Assembly (NCBI GenBank): GCA_951406725.2 | Contig: OX597832.1 | Span: forward strand, 11,284,001 to 11,348,000 | Length of the DNA: 64,000 nucleotides | Direction: 5' to 3' | Origin: Octopus vulgaris | Taxonomy: Eukaryota | Shown: positions 1 to 13,189 of the stretch, in pieces | Layout of the letters: each line of letters opens with the position of its first letter | Position numbering within the stretch: the first letter of the stretch is position 1 | Translations under genes and position numbers: made by a program | The notes under the pieces: model-generated | The model's input: the letters and a program-made list of their open reading frames with translations, nothing else | Databases searched by the model: none | What the model was told of the DNA's origin: nothing

Positions 1-376
1 AAAAATCTCGTTTGCTCTTCAATTACTATTCATGCGAAGGATTTGTCCACTCCATAGCATCTGAGATATGATCAAGAAAGCTTCTCTACCGAGTATTCAG
101 CATTCCAATATAGTGCTATTCTTCACTCTCTCATACCACTCAACCTTGTACATTTTCCAAACACATATCATATGAAAGGTGATCAGCGGACTGATGTGCC
201 TACCATAAGTTGTACAAATCTCTACTCCGTGCAAAAGAGTTGTTACGACACCTGACACGTCTATTTTTGTCCTAACAGAAACAAATTAGACAATCCAACG
301 TCGACCACAAAAATATATAATTTGAAAATAAAGATAAAGTCAAAATATATAAAGAATATATATACATATGTACACG

Positions 377-560
377 TTATTGGATAGCCGTTGACAGACA
401 TTTTACGGATTTATCATTCGTACGACTGGGCGTTCAACAATCACCCCTCCTCACCAAACAAGCTAGGTAGAGTCGTCAGTTTAGTCGGCCGCGACACGAC
501 CATGCTACAAGTTGTACTGGATTACATATTACCACTAGCGCTGAAGAGCGACCTGACATA
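377..560. repeat. short interspersed repeat fragment, unclassified
   Basis: GC-richer ~180 bp island between (AT)n-rich flanks; resembles a recalled octopus interspersed repeat; no second copy in the window. Confidence 0.35.
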
Positions 561-1390
561 ATATATATACACGTAAATAAATGTTTAAGTCTATGTGTGT
601 GTACATGTATATAGATAAATGTACACAAACACACTCATATATATATATATATATGTGTGCGTGCGTGTGTGTGTGTGTATGTAAATAATGTAAAGAAAAC
701 TATGGAAATGAAATTATATTTTGAAATATTTTGTAAACTGATTAATCTTTAAAACTCTTCCTAAATTTACCGTTTTGGCAGCAAAATTTCCTTATGTTCA
801 TGTATACAGAGAAAATGGCTTGGAAAGATTAAAATATATAAAAGAAGCAACATCGATCGATACACACATGAATATAATATATATATATATATATACACAT
901 ATATATTATATATATATATATATACACACAGGGTGAGAGGGAGGGATGGAGAGAGAGTTTAAAGTTGTCTAAATAATGCTTCCTTATATTTTCTTTTGTT
1001 TTGCCTGTTTCTGATCATATTATTCTAAATATGTTTCTATTTTCAATAAGCTAACTCTATGATGTTTCACATTAAAGCAGTAATTGCTGAAAAATGCCAA
1101 GCTGCAATATTTCATTCGCGTTTGTCTTAAATTTTATTAAAGAACTGAAATTATTTCTCTTTCGAATGTTACGAAAGTGGAACGTATATATTGAATTTCA
1201 AAAGAAATATATATATAAAAGTATGCGCAATTTTATACTATTCTTTGTATAAAGAGCATAGCATTGAAGTGTTCAAGCTCGCATTGCATTAAGCGTGTAT
1301 GGTTACGCATATAACTACACTCTCGAACATTCATATCTATGTAAATATGGCTATAATAAACACACTCACATTATTATACGTACACCCACG

Positions 1391-1835
1391 TATATATATA
1401 TATATATGTGTGTGTGTGTATGTATGTGTGTATGTGTGTGTATGTATATGTGTGTATGTATATGTATATGTGTATATGTATATGTATGTATATATGTATA
1501 TGTATATATATACGTATGTATATGTATGTATATATGTATATGTATATATATACGTATGTATATATATATATATGTATATGTATGTATATATGTATATGTA
1601 TGTATATATGTATATGTATATATATGTATATGTATAATATGTATATGTATGTATATATGTATATGTATATATATACGTATGTATATATATATATGTATGT
1701 ATATATACGTATATATATATGTATGTATATATACGTATATATATATATGTATATATACATATATATATGCACACACACATTCACACACACACACACACAT
1801 ATATGCACGTACATTTGCGCGTGCGTGTGTATATG
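1391..1835. repeat. compound (AT)n/(GT)n/(ATGT)n microsatellite
   Basis: Direct reading; source of the YIYI/CVCV ORFs. Confidence 0.95.
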
Positions 1836-2391
1836 TGTTTGTATGCATTTCGGTGTATATTTATGTAAATTGGAATGTTTTTAAATGAAAAAAATGAATA
1901 CTAATATATTTCATTTAAGAAATAAAGGGATTTAAATAATTTAACGAATACAAACAATGGAGGAGTGTTACCAACATGGAAAGTATTCAATATAATAGGC
2001 GCCATTTCGACAATGTTTGTTGTTAGTGTTATTGTTGTTCTTAGTTTATTTGTTTGTTTTGTTGTAAAGATTGAAGTAGTCAAATTCAAGACGGCTTATA
2101 TTGAAAGGAAAAATAATCGAAGTGAAAATTGTTGTCTGTGTTCATTTTCGTTTATATTTCTAATATCGCTGAAAAATGAAGAAGTAGAGCAAAAAACAAA
2201 GATAGAAGTCATGTGTTTATATAATATTGTTTTAAGCAAATACAACCATATTTTGTTGTATATAAGCTATACTGAAGACAGATGACACTCCTTCGCTGCC
2301 CTTTGTCTCCTATATTGCGGTATATTACTTTGGTTCCTCAATTTTCTTACGTCATGCGTTTTGAACAGATAAGCTTCCTTCTTCTTGTATG

Positions 2392-2424
<33 letters not shown>

Positions 2425-2541
2425 GTGTGTGTGTGAGAGAGTTATATGATGTGCCTGCGCATGTATGCGCGTATATATGTGCATTTTTGCGAGTGCGATT
2501 GGATGTGTGTATATATATATATGCATGTATTTGTGTATGTA

Positions 2542-2931
2542 TACTCTTTACTTGTTTCAGTCATTTGACTGTGGCCATGCTGGAGCACCGCCTATAGTCG
2601 AGCACATGGACCCCAGGACTTATTCTGAGTTAGTCTAGTACTTATTCTATCGTTTATTTTGTCAAACCTCTAAGTTACTGGGACATAAACACACCACCAT
2701 CGATTTTCAAGCGATGTTGGAGGGGCAAAAACAGACACGCACACATATACACACACATACATATACATATATACGACGGGCTTCATTCAGTTTCCGTCAA
2801 CCAAATCCACTCACAAGGCTTTGGTCGGCTCGAGGCTATAGAAAACACTTGCCCAAGGTACAACACGGTGGGACTGAACCCGGAACCATGTAGTTCATAA
2901 GCAAGCTACTTACCGCTGAGCCACTCTTACG

Positions 2932-2932
<1 letters not shown>
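2542..2932 (-). mobile_element. tRNA-derived SINE family A, near full length
   Basis: Reverse complement of copies at 4755, 22238 and 59901; tRNA-like head with B box GGTTCAGTCCC, central (AT/GT)n, GACTGAAACAAGTAAAGAGTA tail. Confidence 0.9.

Positions 2933-2934
<2 letters not shown>

Positions 2935-3014
<80 letters not shown>
2935..3014. repeat. (AT)n(AG)n microsatellite
   Basis: Direct reading. Confidence 0.95.
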
Positions 3015-4754
3015 TTTAAACTCACACCTTACACGAATACGTGATACATAGATGGCTATATAAATTTAACAATGTTGTTATTGCATACAACAGATACAAT
3101 TACATAAATGCAAAAGCACATACATACACATGTAAGTATGTGATAATAGTATTCATTATATATATAACACATGTTAGTCAATGTTTTATGTGTTTGGTCA
3201 CAAAGCTAATAAATTTCAACTGATACGAGCTACCGTAGTAAAATACTCAGGTACAAACAGAGAATTTAAAAGAAAATTAAAAAGCGAGATGTATCCTAAA
3301 AGAAATATAATGGGAAGACATAAAAAATAGAAGCACATAAAAAAATACCAAATTCTGGTAGTAGCTGATCACAGTTTTCGCTGTTTTATACGAAAAAGGA
3401 TTCATTGCTTTTTTTAACATGTGCATCTATTATACCAAGTTGAAATTGTGTCCTCTGGTATAGTACATGTGATAAGAAGTAGTAAACATTTCTTGCCCCA
3501 TTCATCGATGATTAATCTTAGGGTCTAACTGCTGAGTAGTCATTTCTTGGTCTTTTCCTGTATCTGATTCTGAGAGTGAAAGCGAGTGAAAGTAAGAGAC
3601 AATGAAACACACAGGAAATCAATCTCAAAAAAAAACTTAGAATTTATTTATAGATCTTGAAGGGACGAAAGGAAAATTTGGCCTAAGAGAGAAGCTAAGC
3701 TGACGGAATTTAAACTAATACCACAATAATATAACTCTAGATATTCTATGCTAAGCTTTAACGACTTTACCAATTTTCTACTTTAAATTCAAACTGCTAT
3801 ATCGAACATCGATTCAGTCAGCAAGTCCAACACTATCACTATATATATATATCAATACTTCACATGCAGACCGATACTGATTTTTCTTCTCTTGATTAAT
3901 AAATCGATGAAAACCTCCAAACATTCTATAAATGCTACACATTATAAATTTTGACCGTTTACATAGCAACCACCAAATTAGCCGTCTTATATATGTGCCT
4001 CGAATGGTAGAGTTGTTTTTAAGAGCCAGACGATATTTCAAATTTAAGACAATTGCCGAGACACTTCAATGCACACAACCACTCCATATTGCAAAACTTT
4101 CCTATGCTGTCCACAATATATGCGTCTTATACACGCGCGCACAGACACACACACACACATACACACACATACACACGCACACATATTGTGAATTAGAATT
4201 GTTAGTTCTACATATGGGTGAGTCATACGCAGTCAAGCTGCGCAATGTGTAAACGTTTAATGTCGAGTGTATAGCCGATCACTCTAAGTTGCAGGCGGGG
4301 TGCCTTTCCAGCGAGGAGTTTAAAAATTAGTCAGCATGAGTATACCATTTCAAATGGTAGTTTTGATGGTCAAGTGAAGAATTCACAACCCGGCCGCTGG
4401 TTGATTACGAAATGACCCCGCAAATTTCCTTCAAATGTCACTCTGCCATATGAGAAAAGAAGGGAGCAAGGTGGCATTGTAGTTCTAAATACTCAAATAT
4501 AATATTTTAGATATGATTGGAGTTTGTTTTTTAATTATGGCTATTCCATAAAAAATAACAAAAAAACCCAACGACGACAATAGCTGTAACAGTCTTGGAA
4601 CTACGTAAACTTAATTTTCTTTTTTTGCCTTTTGGAACTTTCCTAACAGATCACATGCATTTTCATTTAGTTCTGAACTATACAAATAATATAACGAAAT
4701 TTCGCTATTCTTTTTCCATCAAAAAGTAATGAGTTTACACAGAACATTTCCTAA

Positions 4755-4916
4755 GCCGTAGGAGTGGCTGTGTGGTAAGTAGCTTGCTTACGATCCACAT
4801 GATTCCGGGTTCAGTCCCACTGCGTGGCACATTGGGCAAGTGTCTTTTACTATTGCCTCGAACCGACCAAAGCCTTGTGAGTGGGTTTGGTAGACGGAAA
4901 CTGAAAGAAGTCCGTC

Positions 4917-4994
<78 letters not shown>

Positions 4995-5204
4995 TTGTGT
5001 GTCTATTTGTCCCCCCAATATCGCTTGACAACCGATGCTGTTGTGTTTACGTCCCCGTAACTTAGCAGTACGACAAAACAGACCGATAGAATAAGTACTA
5101 TGCTTACAAAGAATGAGTCCTGGGGGTTGATGTGCTCGACTAAAGGCGGTGATCGAGCATGGCCATAGTCAAGTGACTGAAACATGTAAAAGAGTAAAAG
5201 TGTA
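4755..5204 (+). mobile_element. SINE family A, full length
   Basis: A box TGGCTGTGTGG, B box GGTTCAGTCCC, central (AT)n(GT)n, conserved 3' half, GTAAAAGA tail; ~10 related copies in the window. Confidence 0.92.
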
Positions 5205-5454
5205 TGCCATCTACTCTCATAGTAGTTAAAACACAATCATGTCATCCAATAAAGCGTTGGTTCCGTTTGCACCAAAGTCACTGTTTAAGCATTGTGCATA
5301 TGGTTTTTAATAAACAATCAGCTACATCCGAATTGTTTTTTCCGTCTTATTTCTGAAATGAAATAAAGTAGTAACATATATTCATTAATATGTTCAGAAA
5401 AAAGTCCCTAGCATTTATTCACTCTCAATAAGTTCAGGAAGACTGTTACACATG

Positions 5455-5915
5455 TATCCTGATCGCCGCGTTTCGTCATCGGAGATAGTATCCTCGCATA
5501 AGACGATGTGTTCACAACACATTTGATTCATTGACGGAAAATTAGTTTGAGATACTGCAGTATTTTGACTTTATTGTGTGTCACCGCACTCGTATCTACA
5601 CTCGGATCAATGAATCTAAAAGATTACTAGCTCTTGATTATAGACGTCAACAAAAAAGAAATATTTGCTGATATCTCTTGATGTTTATCATACTGAAAGA
5701 AATCCACGACGTACATTTACTACACCGAGAATACAAACAATATTCACAATATGCTCCGTAATATCTGAATGTGAATAAGCTGGTTTATGTTGCACTTTGT
5801 CATAGGGGGACCGCGCTTTCTTTAAAACGATGTGTGCTAATAGCACACTCGGTTCATTAATGTAAGAGTCATTTATCACAACACGGTTTTTGACCTTGAG
5901 TACTTCCACAGTATG
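5455..5915 (-). mobile_element. possible very old Penelope-like GIY-YIG remnant
   Basis: Minus ORF DSYINEPSVLLAHIVLK...SDITEHIV loosely fits YIG.T.R.L..R..EH / S.I..H; CCGATGACGAAACGCG lies downstream on the same strand. Confidence 0.2.
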
Positions 5916-7629
5916 GAAAATTAATAGATGCGTTATTCCTTTTTTTATGGTGGTGGCGGAATTTCACTGTTTTGCGTACATCTTATGAATTATTAAATTA
6001 TAAGTATCGGTTTTTAAGATGCATCTAATGATTTATTAACAAAACAAAAGTAGTTTACATCTATAAACTTTGCTCCCTTATAAATCATTAAAAAATAAAT
6101 ATTTGCTTTTATAAAATGTGTACTTCATGAAATATTAAAGGAAAGTTATTTATTTTTCCAATGCAGAGTTCCTGTACACTTACTCTCATAGAGCCTACTC
6201 TTACCACATGGCGTTTTACAAAACGCCTTCTCTCAACGTTTGAAAGAGAAAATGTTGATTCTGCTTAGTGTTTATTAACCTTTTGTTCTTATACAGTTCG
6301 ATCTAATTCTAGTGCCCCACGTTAATTTCTGTGGAAATTACTAGGATTTATAGAAGCAAAGGACATCAGAGAAACATCAGTCATGTTTTCGCTCACCGTA
6401 TGCATAATGTTCTACAGGGATGCTAATTACAACTAAGTTACAACTCGGTTAAAACTAATTACAATTAAGTTAAAATGTATTTTATTAGATTGTATTAGCT
6501 GTAATATCTAATTTCTTAGAAATATCACCATCAGACTCAAAGCCCCAGATTCTCCCATTTTGCCCAACTTCATCTCTTTAGCATATGGCACGTGCTGTGA
6601 ATTCACCACTCTTCAAGGCCGATGTTTCTAGCCTGGTTAAGCCACGTCAAAACTTAAGATGACTAAAATTTACACTACATCTACGGTCGATGCAGTACTG
6701 AGGGATATTCTCTAAAATACCCGATTCAAATACTGAATAAGTGGTAAGATTTCTCGCTTTACATTGTCGCTCACTTTCTATGGGATGGCATAAGAAGCAG
6801 TATGATAACTGCACAGGGGAAACAAAAAAGATGCTGTTATAGTTCCACTTACTGTTGATAGTAATGTTAGAAAAGGACACAATACATTAAGAGTGATACG
6901 AAATGTAAAAATGTTGTGTGGTATGTAATTTACACAATAATTTCGTCTACCTGAGACTATTTCTTTTATATCTCTTCGCTAAAATAATACTAGATTTACA
7001 ATATTCTACATATCTAAGTTTTGTTTTCATGTACATCTTGCATATACTGATATAAAAAATAGAAAGTGAAAGATAATTTGCATTATTTATACTAATTCGA
7101 TAATTTCAGACAACACAGGAGTTAATGTTCTTTGATGTTTAAAGACAAAATTCCATCTTTTTGCAATTCTTAGTGTGATACGTCACCCGTATATGTGTGA
7201 AACTTTGAATTAAGTATGCGTTTTGATTATTTTTGTATTGTTTTTATTATATGGTCGGTACGGAGAGATAAAATATCTAATATACTTTGCACAATTTTCA
7301 CATGCAACAGTAATATAGTTTATCTCTGCTATAATAAAGAGAATTGACATAAAAGGCAAAATGTGGTGAACAAGGAAAAATTTAGAAAGAAATGTTATAT
7401 AATAAAAAAAAAAGTTATAAAGAATGTTTTGAATAAAAGCTATGTCATAAAAGGATGATGTTTTCATACGTATTACTGAAATTAAGATCTCAGAAATGCT
7501 GATGCAAAACAAGAAGAATTACACTTTCAAAGCATATATTTTATTTTTGCATTTCAGAATAGTAATTCTGTGTACGAACATTTTTCTTTTCTTTTCTTTT
7601 TGTCGGTGGGGTGTTAGTTTGTCTTTGCA

Positions 7630-7810
7630 TAGATTTTTCTTTTTATCTGTCTCAGTTTCTTTTTCTCTTTCTTTCTCTCTGAGTCAGTATCTTTGTCTCT
7701 CTCTCTCTCATTCTCTTTCGCGGTCACTTTCTTTCTTTTTCTCTCTCTCTCTCTCTCTTTCAGCTTTCCATCACACATTGTTTTTCTTTCCTTTTCCTTC
7801 ACTCTTTTGT
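7630..7810. repeat. polypyrimidine (CT/CTTT) low-complexity tract
   Basis: Direct reading. Confidence 0.85.
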
Positions 7811-8917
7811 TTATTTCAATAGAACAGAAATTTCTGGCTGAGCGAACATTTAGTTGCAGGCGTTTTACACATTATCACGCCCCAATACATTATACACGAT
7901 AAGAAATCCCTACCGAGAAGATAGTAGCTTCACAGATATACATAAAATATTTCAGAATGGTTTTTATTTTATGGTTTTGGTAAATAAATCGAAAATAAGA
8001 CGTGACTTGAGACATCAATCCTAGACAGAGATACGTGTAAGCATTAAACATTGGTGCTAAAGAAGATAGATATATATATTTATATATTATTTATTTATAT
8101 TTATTTATTTATTTTTCTTCGTTTTTCACTTACATGCAAATAAAAGATAAATGACTTTCCAGAAATGGCTCATATCCATACAAATGCATTCTTTTTACCA
8201 ACTTATCTTCGTAAATATGTACCGTACTATGTCATTCGTCCTTTAATGGTATCAGCTATGCTGATTGTTTTTGTTTCATTTTTTTTTATAAAGTACTGTA
8301 TTTTTTTATTTTTCATTTTTACTTTTTCCCTATAATTCTTAGAATACCATCATGAAAGATAGGCTGTCACTTTGAATTTCAGAATATCTGTTTGAGAATA
8401 TGTACCAGCTCAAGTTCCTGCACAAATTCTAGACATTCACAGTATCCTATAACCATAATGATTTACGTTCGTTATGTGGCTTGTATTCTCTTTTCTCCTT
8501 CTTGAACTAATTCTGTTATACAAAGTGTACTATAGATTAGTTTGGGGATAGGTTCTCCGAGGAAACATGATATGTAGACTTCACGAGAGTCTAACAATGA
8601 AAAATTCACTTCAGGGTATTAATTTTCATAACTGTTAAAGTTAATGTCATTATACGAAACTTTTAATACAGATCATTTTTTGCCTGCAGATACATTGTAT
8701 TACTTTCATTGTCCTAAGTGTACAAGGTATAAAATGTGAGAGGGAGGGAGATAATTAAATAAATTTACAAAACGGTCAACTTATTAAATCAGTGAATAAT
8801 ATGCGTTTCTGTGTATACATATATATTCAACATACATACTTATAAATATATATATATATGAGGGTGTCAGTGTACGTCAGTATGTACGTACGTGTGTATG
8901 TATGTATGAATGTACGT

Positions 8918-9060
8918 ATCTATCTATCTATCTTTCTATCTATCTATCTTTCTATCTATCTATCTTTCTATCTATGTATAGCAATTTATCACTTTCTTTC
9001 TCATTATATCTCTCTCTATGTATGTATATATTTATTTATGTATGTATGTATATATGTGCA

Positions 9061-9091
<31 letters not shown>

Positions 9092-9181
9092 GGAACTTAA
9101 ATCCAACTAACTATCTTTCTATCTATGCATAGCAATTTATCTCTCCCTTTCTCTCCCTATGTATGTATATATATATGGAAC
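8918..9181. repeat. (TCTA)n microsatellite with an imperfect local duplication
   Basis: TATCTTTCTATCTATGYATAGCAATTTATC...TATATATGGAAC occurs twice (~8961-9096 and ~9113-9181). Confidence 0.75.
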
Positions 9182-9705
9182 ATAAATATATGTGTGTGTG
9201 GTTAGATGTACAGTTGTGAAGTGTACTTTCAAAATCAAGTCACCACAATTTAATACAAATATTATTTACATTCTATTTATATCGAAAATATCATTGTAGT
9301 TCGGGTTGCGATATCGATTCGTACACAATACTTCTAAATTAAGCAAAAGGGCAAAAGTATTTGCGTTACAAATATATTCGGTTTAATTGACACCCGCCTT
9401 TGAAACGATTGCTTAATTTATAAACCTAAAATGGGTTAAGGGCGATTTTGAATCCCGGGGGATAGATAATGATGCTACTTGCGTTCTGTCGATCCTGAAA
9501 CTTTATCGTTCTAGACTTTTAAGCACTATCTACTCACCCACAGACATACACGCAAACAAGTATAATTTCGTGCACGTATTTACGTATGTGTGTAATTATG
9601 TGTCTAAGTATATGTACATGTATGCATATACGCACTCAGATATGATAAAGACTGAATTTACGAATATGATCTACTTACTAATATATATTATTTATATTAT
9701 AAAAT

Positions 9706-9994
9706 GTCGTAGGCGAGGCTGTATGCTAAGAAGCTTGCTTACCAATCACATGGTTGTGAGTAGGTTTGGTAGAGGGAAATTGAAACGTACGTGTCTATGT
9801 GTGTGTCTTTGTGTCTCTGTTTGTTTCCCATCACCGCTTGACAACCGCTGTTGATGTCGATTGAAAAAGGACTAGACTTTTAAGAAAGACGTTCTAGGGT
9901 CGATTCCTTCGACTAAAATACTTCAGGGCGGATCTCCAGCATGGCTGCAGTCAGATGACTGAAACAAGTAAAAGAATAAAAGGATGAAAGAATA
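9706..9994 (+). mobile_element. SINE family A, diverged and internally deleted
   Basis: AGCTTGCTTACCAATCACATGG head, CGCTTGACAACCG, GGCGGATCTCCAGCATGGCTGCAGTCAGATGACTGAAACAAGTAAAAGA tail. Confidence 0.85.
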
Positions 9995-10118
9995 TCACAA
10001 AATATGTTTTACGAAATACATACTCACACGCACACACACACACATACACATACACACACATACACATACAGAGATATATTTATATATGTGCGTGTGTGTG
10101 TGTGTGCGCGCGCATGGA

Positions 10119-10638
10119 GTGGAGGCGCGATGGCCCAGTGGTTCGAGCAGCGGACTCGCGGTCGTAGGATCGCGGTTTCGATTCCCAGACTGGGCATTGT
10201 GAGTGTTTATTGAGCAAAAACATATAAAGCTCCAAGAGGCCCCGGAAGGGAGTGAGTGAACCCTGCTGTACCCTTTCACCACAACTTTCTCTCATTCTCT
10301 CTTCCTGTTTCTGTTGTACCTGTATTTCAAAGGGCCAGTCTTGTCACTCTCTGTGTCTCGCTGAATCTTCTCGAGAACTACGTTAAGAGTACACATGTCT
10401 GTGGAGTGCTCAGCCACTTGCACGTTAATAAATGAGCTGCGACATCACTGGTGCCAAGCTGAATTGGCCTTTGCCTTTCCCTTGGATAACATCAGTGGCG
10501 TGGTGAGGGAAGGCTGGTATGCGTGGGCGACTGCTGGTCTTCCATAAACAACCTTACCCAGACTTCTGCATCGAAGGGTAACTTTCTAGGTGCAATCCCA
10601 TGGTCATTCATGACCGAAGGGGGTCACAACAACAACAA
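10119..10638 (+). mobile_element. chimeric SINE: family B head/body (10119-10429) fused to family C 3' half (10430-10626), (AAC)n tail
   Basis: tRNA-like head TGGCCCAGTGG...GGTTTCGATTCCC matches copies at 27459 and 32947; from AAATGAGCTGCGAC onward it matches 24797-24990. Confidence 0.88.
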
Positions 10639-11672
10639 TATGTGTGTGTATAAAAAAGTGCGCTGTAAGGCATGGTACGTTGTCAAAAGTTTTCGGTTCT
10701 GTAGTAAGTTGCATAATTCTCTTCTACACCTGACAAAGTTTGACGATAATTATCAAATCTGTATATTGACCTGTGTTCAGTGAAACACAGCCAAAATTAT
10801 ATTAATTATCAACTCGGAATGTGTCCTAGATTCCTAGAATGTTTACACCTCAGGAAATATCGAACCTACCCCGCCCCCTACAAGGAAAGCAACAGCCAGA
10901 AATTTGATGAGATACGGTAGTCTGTAAATCTTCCGCAGCTGAACACGAATGGACCGACCTGGCCTCCATAATTATGACAGCAATGGAATGACAAACAATG
11001 TCCTACATCCGATCAATTCTTTTTTGTCAATGCACATTATTGTACTTCTGTCATCTCCCCTCACATCATAGATAACATAGTTACGTAAGGGGAGACGATA
11101 TATCACCGGAATATTGAACAACACTACTATTATTACTGAATTCTACTGTGCCGAAATTTCGGAACAGCTTTCACACACAAAAAAAAAAATGGAAGCCTTG
11201 TTTTTATATAGTTTTATGTGCATTTTTCATCATTTTATATCTCACTTTCTGAGTCGTCACAATCAACAAAAAATCATTTTATTTTAATCCATGCTTTTTA
11301 AATTTCTTAATCCCTTTCCTTCGTCATGCCTTTGGAATCGCTGTCACGATTAGAATGCATTTCTTTTTATATTATATTTCATTTTATAATAACCCACATT
11401 TGGAGACATGTAATTCGTAAATAGAATTTCAAAGCACCATTTTCTTTTAATTTCTAACGTTCCATGTTCTTCCGTATAACGCTGGTTAGTTTCTGGGGTT
11501 GATAAAAAATATCAAAGAAATTACACGCTAAAATGTGTGAAAAACCAGATTAGAATTTTGAAAGATATTTGTAGAATAGATTATTTCAGATGTTCGAAAT
11601 GTAGATAAGAGCATTTTTTTAATTGCATAAAGGTAGAATGTAACAATCCTTTGCTCTCCCTTTCTCAATCGC

Positions 11673-11885
11673 TTTACTCTTTTACTCCCTTTCACTTGTT
11701 TCAGTCATTTGACTGCGGCCATGCTAGAGCATCACCTTTAGTCGAGAAAATCGACCCCAGGACTTATTCTTTGTAAGCCTAGTACTTATTCTATCGGTCT
11801 CTTTTGCCAAACCGCTAATTTACGGGGACTAAACACACCAGCATCGGTTGTCAAGTGATGTTGGGGGGGGACAAACACACACACA
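11673..11885 (-). mobile_element. SINE family A 3' half (split copy)
   Basis: Reverse complement of the family A 3' half; the 5' half lies at 12550-12700. Confidence 0.9.
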
Positions 11886-11898
11886 CAAACATATACAC

Positions 11899-11945
<47 letters not shown>

Positions 11946-11946
11946 C

Positions 11947-11982
<36 letters not shown>

Positions 11983-12310
11983 GTATGCTTTATGAAAATA
12001 GACAAAAGACGAAGGCAGGTTTACGGAAATAAACAAAAGACGAAGGCAGGTGGAATACAAACAAACAATTGTATTTGTATGGCGCTCAGGAAATATAAAT
12101 GAAACAAGTCTTTAATGTTTCGAGCCTACGCTCTTCAACAGAAAGATACACAGAGAAAAAAAAACACAGAAAGAAGGAGAGAAAAAAATATGCGTGCAAA
12201 AGCTAGCGAATCAACATGGCGATCTGATTTCGGCCAGAAGTCAAAGATCAAACATGAGACGCAAGAGCGAAATTAGAGGAGATAATAGGGTTGAATGACC
12301 CCTGCTCAAA
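11983..12310 (-). mobile_element. short insert in the SINE-A microsatellite, probably a Penelope-like terminal repeat
   Basis: Interrupts a SINE-A copy; contains a duplicated ACAAAAGACGAAGGCAGG and a minimal hammerhead-like motif. Confidence 0.55.
12109..12146 (-). ncRNA. minimal type I hammerhead-ribozyme-like motif (variant or degenerate)
   Basis: Minus strand TCTTT-CTGTTGA-A-GAGC-GTAG-GCTC-GAA-ACAT-T-AAAGA: stem I TCTTT/AAAGA, stem II GAGC/GCTC, stem III ACAT (one change from palindromic ACGT). Confidence 0.55.
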
Positions 12311-12417
12311 CATAAGAGTGTATGTGTGTGTGTGTATGAGAGAGTATTAGTGCGTATGAGAGGTCTAGACGTGTGTATGTATATATGATGTGATGTGTAA
12401 AGTCGTATGGTGTAGTG

Positions 12418-12545
12418 TAGAGAGAGAAGAGGGGGCGGCGAGGTGAGGGGGAGAAAGAAAGGGGATAAGAGGGGAGGGAAGGGGAGGGGGAGAAGGAAGG
12501 AGGGGAGAAGGAAGGAGAGGAGAAGAGGAGGGGAGGAGAGGGGGT
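12418..12545 (+). repeat. polypurine G/A-rich tract
   Basis: Many G3-G5 runs; almost pyrimidine-free. Confidence 0.85.
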
Positions 12546-12549
12546 AGAC

Positions 12550-12700
12550 ACGACGGGCTTTTTTCAGTTTCCGTCTACCAAATCTTTGGTCGGCCCGAGG
12601 CTATAGTAGAAGACACTTGCCCAAGGTGCCACACAGTGGGACTGAACGCAGAACTGTGTGGCTGGAAAGTAAACTACTTACCACACAGCCACTCCTGCAG
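12550..12700 (-). mobile_element. SINE family A 5' half (split copy)
   Basis: CGACGGGCTT...CCACACAGCCACTCCTGC is the reverse complement of the family A head. Confidence 0.9.
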
Positions 12701-12818
12701 CAATTTCTTGAAGCTCTTTTAAACTAAAACGTTACGTTTCTATTTCTTTCTTTTACTCCTGCGTTTTCTAATAGAATATCTTTCCTTGGAGTGGGAACAA
12801 TATAGTCGCGAAATATTA

Positions 12819-12990
12819 GTTTCAAATTTTCGCACAAGACCAGCAATATGGGAAGAGGGTGCAAGACGATAATACACTCAACTGGGACTTATTTTATTGG
12901 CCTTGATTTCAACTCAGAACGTAATGTCGGAAGAAATGCCGCTAAGCATTATTTTCCGGCACGGTAACGATTCTGCCAGTTCACCGCCTT
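12819..12990 (-). mobile_element. tRNA-derived SINE family D, internally deleted
   Basis: Minus-strand head AAGGCGGTGAACTGGCAGAATCGTTA...TGCTTAGCGG...GTTCTGAGTTGAAAT matches copies at 26801 and 58029. Confidence 0.8.
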
Positions 12991-13189
12991 TAATTGTTGA
13001 GAAATATTGATATCCTAAACTTCAAATAGCTGAACGCTGATATCTTGGTGTGAAGAACAAACACTTCACGATTTTGTATGTGGGAAATGAAAAACCAAAA
13101 AAAAAAAAAAAAACGTCACGTGAAATTCAATTTAAGAGGACGTTTATCGATTTCTTTTTATTTTTGCCAATACATTTTCTAAGACAATA

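Noticed and set aside
1295-1888. 197-aa and overlapping ORFs
   Set aside because: Translations of (AT)/(GT) microsatellite, open in most frames
5455-5490. CCGATGACGAAACGCG hammerhead-like core on the minus strand
   Set aside because: No stem II between the core boxes and a core mismatch; at most a decayed relic
10121-10196. tRNA-like sequence (also heads at 24660, 22238, 58029)
   Set aside because: SINE heads continuing into SINE bodies; no complete cloverleaf or Pol III terminator
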